From Candidatus Omnitrophota bacterium (GTDB taxonomy: Bacteria > Omnitrophota > Gorgyraeia > Pluralincolimonadales > Pluralincolimonadaceae): a stretch of DNA of 38,768 nucleotides. Position 1 is the stretch's first letter; every line of letters starts with the position of its first letter. The stretch is from positions 1-38,768 of the forward strand of contig JBAYMW010000002.1 in NCBI GenBank assembly GCA_041663405.1. The letters are read 5' to 3'. Of this stretch, positions 28,339 through 36,011 are shown piece by piece. The position numbers and the translations under genes are program-made. The notes beneath the pieces were generated by a model that did not search any database, was not told the origin of the DNA, and saw only the letters and a program-made list of their open reading frames with translations.

Positions 28339-29505
28339 ATGAAAGCGGAGATAATTTCCATAGGGACTGAGATCCTGCTCGGGCAGATATTGAACACGAA
28401 CCAGCAGTGGCTGTCGCAGGAACTCGCGGGCATCGGGATAGGGGTCTACTTTCATTCCACTATAGGCGATAATCCCGGAAGGCTTGCCAATGCGATAAAG
28501 ACCGGCCTCGAGCGTTCGGATATCGTTATCACCACGGGGGGGCTCGGGCCTACCGTTGACGATATTACGCTCGAAACCATCGCAAGCGCCCTGTCCCTTG
28601 GACTGAAGCTCGATAAGAGGCAAGCCCATATCCCGGAAGGCGCAAAAGTGATAGATAACGGGATAGGAACCGCCCCCGGGTTTATCGTCGATAAGGGCGG
28701 CAAACTTCTCATAGCCCTGCCGGGGCCCCCAAGGGAGCTTAACCCGATGTTCGAACGGACTGTCGCGCCTTTGCTCAAGAAGAGGTATGGGTCGGAAGGC
28801 ATCCTTAAGATCAGGACTATCAGGATGACCGGCCTCGGCGAAGAAGCCGTAGACCGCAGAGTAAAGGACCTGCTGAAGTGCCCGCCCCCGCTTACGGTAG
28901 GTATCTACGCGAAACCCGCGCTCATAGAGCTGAAGATAATGGCAAAGGCAAAGGACGATAAGCAGGCGAAAGCCCTTATCGACAAGGCGGATGCGAAGAT
29001 AACCGCGCGGCTCGGCAAATACATATTCGGCCGCGACAACGAAACCCTCGAAGGCGCCGTGGGTTCCGGCCTTTTGCGCAGCCGCAGGACTTTAGCCGTT
29101 GCCGAATCCTGCACGGGCGGCCTTATAGCGAGCCGCATAACGGACGTTCCCGGAAGCTCAAAGTATTTCAGGCTCGGGATAGTCGCCTACTCAAACGCAG
29201 CTAAAATAAAATTTCTCGGAGTATGCCCGGGCACGCTTGCCAAATTCGGGGCCGTCAGCAGGCAAACCGCCATTGAGATGGCAAAAAACGTGAGGATGGC
29301 AGCCTGCGCGGATATCGGGTTGTCCGTTACGGGCATAGCCGGCCCTTCCGGGGCAACAAAGGATAAGCCTGTTGGGCTAGTATATATAGCGCTTGCCGGT
29401 AAGAATAAGTCTTATTGCAGGGAATTCCGGTTCAGGGGTGAGCGCGAGGTGATAAAATTCAGGACTTCGCAGGCGGCCCTGGACCTGCTCAGAGTATCCC
29501 TTTAG
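28339..29505 (+). CDS. cinA: CinA: competence/damage-inducible protein with MoCF-type N-domain and PncC-type NMN amidohydrolase C-domain
   Basis: 388 aa with the canonical N-terminus MKAEIISIGTEILLGQILNTN. Also TTGGLGPTVDDIT, GTAPG, AESCTGGLIASRITDVPGSS and TGIAGPSG. Confidence 0.9.
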   Translation: MKAEIISIGTEILLGQILNTNQQWLSQELAGIGIGVYFHSTIGDNPGRLANAIKTGLERSDIVITTGGLGPTVDDITLETIASALSLGLKLDKRQAHIPEGAKVIDNGIGTAPGFIVDKGGKLLIALPGPPRELNPMFERTVAPLLKKRYGSEGILKIRTIRMTGLGEEAVDRRVKDLLKCPPPLTVGIYAKPALIELKIMAKAKDDKQAKALIDKADAKITARLGKYIFGRDNETLEGAVGSGLLRSRRTLAVAESCTGGLIASRITDVPGSSKYFRLGIVAYSNAAKIKFLGVCPGTLAKFGAVSRQTAIEMAKNVRMAACADIGLSVTGIAGPSGATKDKPVGLVYIALAGKNKSYCREFRFRGEREVIKFRTSQAALDLLRVSL

Positions 29506-31015
29506 GCGGGTTCTTCCCCGTATCGGACGCCATGCAGAGCTGGTCCTTCCCGTGTTGTTTCGCCCAATAAAGAGCTTCGTCGGCCTTCTTGAACAGCTGG
29601 TGCGGGGTGGCGCCATCATTAGGATATATGGCGATGCCTATGCTGACGGTAAATGTAAGCGTCTTCTCCCCCGCTTTTATCGTCTGTGATTTTACCGCGT
29701 CCCGCATACGGTTTCCTACGGCCAGCGCGCTGTCCTTGTTAGAGTTCGTCAACAGCACCACAAATTCGTCGCCGCCGTACCTGCCGATCGCGTCGATAGT
29801 CCTGCCCTTCACATCGAATGTCCTTATATTCTGCTTAAGTATCTGCGAGAGAGAAAGTATTATCTCGTCCCCGGCTTGATGGCCGTAGAGGTCGTTATAT
29901 CTCTTGAACCCGTCGATATCAAGTATCATCAGCGCGAAGCTCTGCTTTTCGCGGCCGGCCCTCTTAGCCTCTTCCTCGAACCTGCCCAGGAAGAACCCGT
30001 GCGAATACAGCCCGGTAAGGCTGTCCCGTATCGAGAGCTCCTTCACCTCCTCGTAAAGCTTTGCTTTCTCCAGCGTTACCGCCGCCTGGTTGGCGAGTAT
30101 ATCGAGGTTCTCCATATCCTCTTTCCCTATCGGCAGCCTGCTGAAGACATTATTCACGACGAGCACTCCTATCTTATCGTTCTTGACTATAAGCGGGAAA
30201 TACAGGAACAGTTCATCCGTGCTGTATTTAAGGCTCTGTTGAGAGGGGTCCGCGAAAAGGCTGTCGACTATCCTGTTCGTCCCGTTCTTAAGCGGATAGG
30301 TCTCCTTATCTATTTGCCTCACGACATGCCGTATGTCGGAACTCAACTTGCCCCTGAGCTGGTTGTTAGCCTTATCCACAAGATAGAGTTTTGCCATGTC
30401 GAACTTCAGGATATCGACGGCGCTCCTTAATATTATCTCGAGCACAGGCTCAAATTCCATGGTCGTGGCCATGGCCTCGCTTATCTTCGACAGGGCGAGC
30501 AGCATGTCTATTTTACGCGAATTATTTTCAAAGACCTTGACATACCGGATCCCCCTGCTTATCTCGTGCGCATAATCGGAGAGCATCTCCTTCTCTTCCC
30601 CTGTCACTTTTTCCCTGGATGTCTGTTTATCGGCTATCAATACCCCAAGTTTTTCATTGGCCAGGCGCAGCGGCATGCATATCTCGATCCCGTCATCCCA
30701 TATCTCGAAAGCGCGTTTGCCCAGGAATATAGCGCTTATGAAATCGTCGTCGTCCTCCGTCACCGGTATCCTGCTCTCCCCGGCGATTATGCCCTTGCCC
30801 CTTGACCTTGCCTGCACGCACTCCAGCGAATTGCCCGGCTCATCGTAAAGGTACACGAATATCGAATCGAACATCAGGTCGTCAAGCAGCGCCTTAAGGC
30901 TCATCTTAAGGGTCTCTTCGAGTCCCGCCTCGAACTGGAAGAACGTCCTTACGACGCCCTGCAGCATGTTTAAATGCTTCTCCGCCCTCTCGAGGTTCTC
31001 TCTCTGCTCATCCAT
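29489..31015 (-). CDS. GAF-GAF-GGDEF diguanylate cyclase with intact active site and I-site
   Basis: 508 aa with no TM segment. Two GAF-like regions are followed by LILDIDGFKRYND and RTIDAIGRYGGDEFVVLL. The latter carries RxxD five residues upstream of GGDEF. Confidence 0.88.
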   Translation of the reverse strand: MDEQRENLERAEKHLNMLQGVVRTFFQFEAGLEETLKMSLKALLDDLMFDSIFVYLYDEPGNSLECVQARSRGKGIIAGESRIPVTEDDDDFISAIFLGKRAFEIWDDGIEICMPLRLANEKLGVLIADKQTSREKVTGEEKEMLSDYAHEISRGIRYVKVFENNSRKIDMLLALSKISEAMATTMEFEPVLEIILRSAVDILKFDMAKLYLVDKANNQLRGKLSSDIRHVVRQIDKETYPLKNGTNRIVDSLFADPSQQSLKYSTDELFLYFPLIVKNDKIGVLVVNNVFSRLPIGKEDMENLDILANQAAVTLEKAKLYEEVKELSIRDSLTGLYSHGFFLGRFEEEAKRAGREKQSFALMILDIDGFKRYNDLYGHQAGDEIILSLSQILKQNIRTFDVKGRTIDAIGRYGGDEFVVLLTNSNKDSALAVGNRMRDAVKSQTIKAGEKTLTFTVSIGIAIYPNDGATPHQLFKKADEALYWAKQHGKDQLCMASDTGKNPPKGIL

Positions 31016-31031
31016 ATTTATTTATATCCCG

Positions 31032-32291
31032 TCATAAAGATAAAAGGTAATCGACCTCTTCCGCGTATTTCCTTGCTTCCGTGGCCAGGAAGTCGCCGCT
31101 GTATCTGCGCTGCTTTATGCCGTCGAGGATCTTCCCCATGAACCCGGTCAATATGAATTCGATGCTGCCCCACATGTCTACCTGGGCATAGCTCTTTCCG
31201 TAGTTCTTGTACGTTTCAATAAGGACCTGCTGGTTCGGCGTGCCTTCGTAGAAGAGGCTCGCGAACGCCTCTATTCCCGACGGGAGCAGCCCTATTGACC
31301 TATATTGCCGTACCTGGAACTCTTTGGAGGCGAGGAATTTAAGGAACTGCCATGCTTCCGGCTTATTCTGCGAGTGTGAGGATATAGCGAGGTTGCTGCC
31401 GCCGAGAAAACTGAAGCGGCCTCCCGGGCCGGAAGGAAGGAACGCGACGCCGAACTTGTCTATGTCCTCCGAATCCCTTAACGATGTAGGCGCCTCGAAA
31501 AATCCGGGTATGAAGCTCGGCGCGGCAAACGGCCCGGCTATTATCATCGCGAACCTCTTTAATACAAAGAAATCGTAGGTGGGATAGGACGGCACCTTCC
31601 TGTCCCTTATCGGGGCTATATCCTTGTCGAGAAGGTCGAAATAGTATTTCATTCCCTTAACGGCAGGCTCAGAGCAGAACGCCGCGCTGAAACCGTCCGG
31701 TGTAAGGAAATCCCCTCCGCCGGCCCAGACCCACGGAGCTATTTCGTGCAGCAGCCCGGAATCTTTTATATCCCCGACGCCCAAGGGCCCTGCGAAATTA
31801 TCATCCTTGCCCTTAAGCTCCGACAGCGCGAGGCATGCCTGCGTGAATGAGTCCCATGTATCTAGCGATCTTGCGGTGAGGCCGGCCTTCTCAAAAAGGT
31901 CCTTCCTGTAAAAGATCATACGTGCGTCGGCAGACCACGGCAACGCCATGACCTTGCCGGAATTCTTTATTTCGCATGTGGCCCATGCCGCAGGATAGAA
32001 TGAGTTCTTGAATTTTTCATCAGTTATCTCTTTGGTGAGGTCGGCCAGCGCGTTTATCGCGGCGAGGGTCCTTGTCCACGTATTGCCTATGAGGAATAAA
32101 TCGGGGAGCTGCCTGGACTTGGCGGCTGTTACGATCTTCTTCCACGCCAGGGACCAGGGTATTACCGAGCAATCTATCTTTATTCCGGGATGCATTTTTT
32201 CATAAGAGGATATCTCTTCGCCGATTATCCGGCTCGTCTCATATCCCCCGACAGGCATCACCCAGAATTTTAGATAGGTTGCCTTCTGCAT
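31032..32291 (-). CDS. Family-1 solute-binding protein homologue (sugar-type ABC SBP fold) without a signal peptide
   Basis: 419 aa. It begins directly at the mature-type segment (LKFWVMPVGG...YEKMHPGIKIDCSVIPW) with no hydrophobic leader or lipobox. No permease or ATPase gene lies nearby. Confidence 0.8.
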   Translation of the reverse strand: MQKATYLKFWVMPVGGYETSRIIGEEISSYEKMHPGIKIDCSVIPWSLAWKKIVTAAKSRQLPDLFLIGNTWTRTLAAINALADLTKEITDEKFKNSFYPAAWATCEIKNSGKVMALPWSADARMIFYRKDLFEKAGLTARSLDTWDSFTQACLALSELKGKDDNFAGPLGVGDIKDSGLLHEIAPWVWAGGGDFLTPDGFSAAFCSEPAVKGMKYYFDLLDKDIAPIRDRKVPSYPTYDFFVLKRFAMIIAGPFAAPSFIPGFFEAPTSLRDSEDIDKFGVAFLPSGPGGRFSFLGGSNLAISSHSQNKPEAWQFLKFLASKEFQVRQYRSIGLLPSGIEAFASLFYEGTPNQQVLIETYKNYGKSYAQVDMWGSIEFILTGFMGKILDGIKQRRYSGDFLATEARKYAEEVDYLLSL

Positions 32292-32298
32292 AAATTGG

Positions 32299-32326
32299 AT
32301 TATACCACCGGGTTGATTAATGTCAA
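32299..32326 (-). promoter_or_regulatory. Consensus sigma70 promoter for the SBP-GGDEF operon, leaderless configuration
   Basis: On the minus strand: TTGACA (32326..32321), 16 nt spacer, TATAAT (32304..32299), then 7 nt (ccaattt) and the ATG at 32291. No SD. Confidence 0.55.
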
Positions 32327-32341
32327 ACCATAATGTATAAT
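32313..32341 (+). promoter_or_regulatory. Sigma70 promoter for thpR, leaderless configuration
   Basis: TTGATT (32313..32318), 17 nt spacer, TATAAT (32336..32341), then 8 nt (cgatccct) and the ATG at 32350. No SD. Confidence 0.5.
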
Positions 32342-32349
32342 CGATCCCT

Positions 32350-32850
32350 ATGGGCGGACTGATAAGGGCTTTTATAGCGATAGAATTGTCGGATGAGGCT
32401 AAAGCCGAAGCTTATGCCGGGGCACACGCTGCGGCCTGCGCCGAGGCCTGCGCCGCAGCGCGTGCCGGCGTAAAATGGGTCCCTGAGGATAATATCCACC
32501 TTACCCTGCGGTTCCTTGGGGATACCGATGAAGAAACGCTGTCCCGCGCGGCATCGGTACTTGCGGGCATCGCGGCGGGATCAGGGCCCTTCCCAATACG
32601 GCTTAAGGGCCTGGGCGCGTTCCCCCGGGGCATTTCCTCACCCACGGTCATCTGGGCCGGCTTGAGCGAAGGCGCCACGGAATCCGCGCAACTGTCGGCG
32701 AGCATCGGATCGTCCCTGTCTGAACTGGGTATACCTAAGGAGGGCAGGCACTTCTCCCCGCACGTAACGCTTGGCAGGGTGCGGACCATATCACGCTGTT
32801 CAGGAGCGTCCTTGCCCCCGGCGGGCCTGTCTACACCCCTATTTCAATAG
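32350..32850 (+). CDS. thpR: 2H-family RNA 2',3'-cyclic phosphodiesterase (ThpR/LigT-like). The reading frame appears disrupted near 32780, with the conserved C-terminus continuing in another frame to 32876.
   Basis: Both HxT motifs are in frame: NIHLTLRFLGD and SPHVTLGRV. The annotated tail (RTISRCSGASLPPAGLSTPLFQ) is unlike the family. The +2 frame reads ITLFRSVLAPGGPVYTPISIARL, which matches the family terminal strands. Confidence 0.7.
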   Translation: MGGLIRAFIAIELSDEAKAEAYAGAHAAACAEACAAARAGVKWVPEDNIHLTLRFLGDTDEETLSRAASVLAGIAAGSGPFPIRLKGLGAFPRGISSPTVIWAGLSEGATESAQLSASIGSSLSELGIPKEGRHFSPHVTLGRVRTISRCSGASLPPAGLSTPLFQ

Positions 32851-33288
32851 CACGACTATCGCAGCCCGGACAATGATATTCGCATAGATGCCGGCAATCA
32901 CGTCATCCAGCACTACCCCGACGGGGCTTGGCGCGCGTTCCGCTATGTTCACCGGGAAAGGTTTGAAGATGTCGAATATCCTGAAGAGCACGAAAGCCGA
33001 TATTACATAGGCGGGCTGTAACGGCACAAAAAGCAGCGCGATCATCATACCTATCGCCTCGTCGATGACTATCCTGCCCGAATCCCTCTTCCCGAACAGT
33101 ATCTCGGCGCGCTTTACCGTTAACATCGCGAGGATTATCAGCACGGATAACGAAGACAGGTAAACGGCCTTATCGTAACTGACTGCCAGCGCGAACAGGA
33201 GCCCCGCGGCAGACCCCGCAGTACCCGGCATGCGCGGGGCGTATCCCGCATAGAGGAATGTACTGACCATCTTTACGACCGTCTTCAA
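32839..33288 (-). CDS. pgpA: Phosphatidylglycerophosphatase A
   Basis: 149 aa with FLYAGYAPRMPGTAGSAAG, FRIFDIFKPFP and DDVIAG motifs. Confidence 0.85.
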   Translation of the reverse strand: MKTVVKMVSTFLYAGYAPRMPGTAGSAAGLLFALAVSYDKAVYLSSLSVLIILAMLTVKRAEILFGKRDSGRIVIDEAIGMMIALLFVPLQPAYVISAFVLFRIFDIFKPFPVNIAERAPSPVGVVLDDVIAGIYANIIVRAAIVVLLK

Positions 33289-33857
33289 GATAATAACTTC
33301 CTGTTCTTTAGGAAAAATGATATGCCGGACGTAAGCGTCAATCCGACCGTTACGAGCATCACGACGAATATGAGGTTCTTTACCCAGGTCTCCGTATCAG
33401 GGTTCCAGAACGCCAGCGCCTTGCCCGCTTCCCTGAACATCAGGAATATCAGTATCATGAAGATCGCTATCATCTGGGAGACCGTCTTGTGCTTCCCTGC
33501 CTCTTCCGCCTCGATGACCCTTCCCTTTGTGAGCGCGAATATCCTTAAGCCGGTCACAGTGACCTCCCTCGCCACTATTATCAGCACGGTCCAGGCCGGT
33601 ATCAGCTTAAGCTCGACGAAGGCGAGGAACGCCGACAGGACCAGTATCTTGTCCGCTATCGGGTCCATGAGCTTCCCGAAGTCCGTGATACTGCCTTCCT
33701 TCCTCGCGAAATACCCGTCATAGTAATCGGTCAATGCGGCCGCGAGGAACGTCAGGAACGCGAAATATTCCGCACCGGGCCATCTCGCGAAGACAAAGTA
33801 CATGAAGACGAACGTGAGGAATATCCGCGATATCGTAAGCTTATTCGATATGTTCAT
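33285..33857 (-). CDS. pgsA: CDP-diacylglycerol--glycerol-3-phosphate 3-phosphatidyltransferase
   Basis: 190 aa carrying the complete CDP-alcohol phosphatidyltransferase motif DYYDGYFARK-x(7)-GKLMDPIADK. Confidence 0.92.
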   Translation of the reverse strand: MNISNKLTISRIFLTFVFMYFVFARWPGAEYFAFLTFLAAALTDYYDGYFARKEGSITDFGKLMDPIADKILVLSAFLAFVELKLIPAWTVLIIVAREVTVTGLRIFALTKGRVIEAEEAGKHKTVSQMIAIFMILIFLMFREAGKALAFWNPDTETWVKNLIFVVMLVTVGLTLTSGISFFLKNRKLLS

Positions 33858-34645
33858 TTATCGGTTATCTTCATTATGAACCCGTCTATCTCTTTCGCAC
33901 TAGACATCGGCGGCGCGCCAAAACTGCTGTTCATGTCCCAATCAACGTTGTTCAGCGACGCCATGAACTTTCCGGACGCCTTGTCGAATTGGTACATCTT
34001 CCTTACGTGGGTCCAGTAGCGCTTCGAGGAGACCTGACCCTTGTACGACACGATCGCCTCAAAATAATAATATTTCGCCGATGGCGACAGGGCCTTGAAG
34101 CCCGGCTCCTTTATGAATGTGCCGGGAGCTATGAAGCCCCCCGAGCTTACCCCCTCCATACTCTCATCGACCCATTTCCTGTCGGCCGCGGCCGGCTTCG
34201 ACCTGTCCGCTTCGGAAGTAAGATAATATCTTGCGGATACGTTTGACGCGGGCGTCTTGCCGGTATTGTTGAGGATTATGTAATTGCCGAAATAGACGTT
34301 CTTGTTCTCGCCGTCATTTATCTGCACGGGATCTATCATATCCACCGATATATACGGCCTGATATTTATCTCCCCCATATCCTGCGCATACCTGAGGTTC
34401 CACATCAACAGTATCACTATCACCGGCACTGAGACAGCCAATATCTTATAGAAATACTTCCGCACGAAGCGCGCCGGCAGCCACAAACAATAATATACGG
34501 CTTTATCATCGAATATCTTCTCGGCTTCCTTCCAGTCCCTCATCGGGTCTGTCGGCAATCCTTTATTGCGGTTTTCGGCATAGATGGCCTCGGCGATCTC
34601 GCTGATCTTCTTTTCCCTGTTAATGCTGTCGTTCAAACCGGGCAT
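33854..34645 (-). CDS. Hypothetical single-pass membrane protein with a DUF2934-like N-terminal segment and an uncharacterised extracytoplasmic domain of about 170 aa
   Basis: 263 aa. The N-terminus ISEIAEAIYAENRNKGLPTDPMRDWKEAEKIF resembles the DUF2934 pattern (AY..W...G......DW..AE). TM helix is ILAVSVPVIVILLMW. Start overlaps the rimO stop (TAATG), and there is a 4-bp overlap with pgsA. Confidence 0.65.
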   Translation of the reverse strand: MPGLNDSINREKKISEIAEAIYAENRNKGLPTDPMRDWKEAEKIFDDKAVYYCLWLPARFVRKYFYKILAVSVPVIVILLMWNLRYAQDMGEINIRPYISVDMIDPVQINDGENKNVYFGNYIILNNTGKTPASNVSARYYLTSEADRSKPAAADRKWVDESMEGVSSGGFIAPGTFIKEPGFKALSPSAKYYYFEAIVSYKGQVSSKRYWTHVRKMYQFDKASGKFMASLNNVDWDMNSSFGAPPMSSAKEIDGFIMKITDK

Positions 34646-36000
34646 TACTCCCTCCTTTGTACCTTTTCTGCGACCAGGTCGTATTCGTAACCGTCTACGA
34701 TCCTGGCCTTCACAATGTCACCCGTCTTTATACCCGCTCCCTTTACGAATACGTTCCCGTCAACCTCGGGGGCATCCATATACGTGCGCCCTAAGAACAT
34801 TCCCTTATCATCGGCCTTAAGGCCGCGGCAGGGCTCATCTATCAGGACATCCATTTCGCGCCCGATCATTCTCATGTTGTTCTGCGCGGAGATCTCACTC
34901 TGCAGCACCATCAACTCGTCCCGCCGGGACCTCTTGACGCTTTTCCGGACCTGACCCTTTAAAATTGCCGCGCTCGTGCCTTCTTCCATCGAATATGTAA
35001 AGGCACCGAGCCTTTCAAATCTTGTTTCCTTAATGAAATCCAGCAGTTCCCCGAACTCCTTATTACTCTCTCCGGGGAAACCGACGATGACCGAGGTGCG
35101 CAAAGCGACGCCTGGTATCTTTTTCCTTATCTTGCATATGAGCTCCCTTATGTGTTCCGGAGAGGTCGGCCTGCCCATCGCCTTAAGGATCCTTGCGTTA
35201 ATATGCTGTATGGGAAGGTCGACATATTTACAGATATTGCCTTCTTCGGCAATGACCGATATCAGTTCGTCCGTAAAATGCCCGGGATGCCCGTAAAGCA
35301 GCCTTATCCAGTTGGCGCCCTTTAACCGCGCGAGCTTCCTCAGTAATCCCGCAAGCGCCCATCGCCCATAGATATCCTTTCCGTAAACAGAGGTATCCTG
35401 GCCTATTACGTTTATCTCCTTAACGCCCCTTCCTATTAAGCTGCGGGATTCTCTTATGACGGAACCTACGGTACGGCTCCTGTGACGTCCTCTTATTGCA
35501 GGTATGATGCAGAATGAACATCTGTGCGAGCAACCTTCGGAGATCTTGACATATGCGTAGTGCTTCGGCGTAATACTGAGCCTCGGGCTCCTGTCATTAT
35601 ACAGGTACCTTGGCTCACGTAGGATTATATCCGATTTATGGCCCTTAGCAAGCCTTTTTATCAGTGCCGGCAGTACCTTTATCGCGTCAACGCCTGCAAA
35701 GCCGTCGACTTCTTCCAACTCATCCTTAAGCTCGCCGCCGTATCTTTGCGGCAGGCAGCCCGCAACGAGTATGTGCTTGAGCTTTCCCTTCTTCTTTAGC
35801 TCTATCAGGTCGAGGATGACATCGATTGATTCCCTTTTAGCGTCTTCGATGAACGAGCAGGTGTTGACTATAGCGATATCCGCCCCGGACGGAGAATCCG
35901 ATATCTTATACCCGGACTTTTTTAAAGTCCCTAGTATTATTTCGGAATCCACCAGGTTCCTCGCGCAACCAAGCGAGATAAGAGATATTTTGATAGTCAT
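34645..36000 (-). CDS. rimO: Ribosomal protein S12 methylthiotransferase
   Basis: 451 aa with the N-terminal SLGCARNLVDSE, a radical-SAM CSHRCSFC motif and a C-terminal TRAM domain. Confidence 0.9.
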   Translation of the reverse strand: MTIKISLISLGCARNLVDSEIILGTLKKSGYKISDSPSGADIAIVNTCSFIEDAKRESIDVILDLIELKKKGKLKHILVAGCLPQRYGGELKDELEEVDGFAGVDAIKVLPALIKRLAKGHKSDIILREPRYLYNDRSPRLSITPKHYAYVKISEGCSHRCSFCIIPAIRGRHRSRTVGSVIRESRSLIGRGVKEINVIGQDTSVYGKDIYGRWALAGLLRKLARLKGANWIRLLYGHPGHFTDELISVIAEEGNICKYVDLPIQHINARILKAMGRPTSPEHIRELICKIRKKIPGVALRTSVIVGFPGESNKEFGELLDFIKETRFERLGAFTYSMEEGTSAAILKGQVRKSVKRSRRDELMVLQSEISAQNNMRMIGREMDVLIDEPCRGLKADDKGMFLGRTYMDAPEVDGNVFVKGAGIKTGDIVKARIVDGYEYDLVAEKVQRRE

Positions 36001-36011
36001 TTTGGATTGTG

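Noticed and set aside
28267-28629. A 120-aa minus-strand ORF overlapping the cinA 5' end and the divergent spacer
   Set aside because: It is antisense to the strongly conserved CinA N-terminus and has no RBS or motifs.
28590-28655. CinA seems about 20 aa shorter than typical between the GGLGPT..DD motif and the KRQA..PEGA segment
   Set aside because: The gene is in frame and all key motifs are present. Without an alignment I cannot distinguish a lineage-typical short loop from a deletion.
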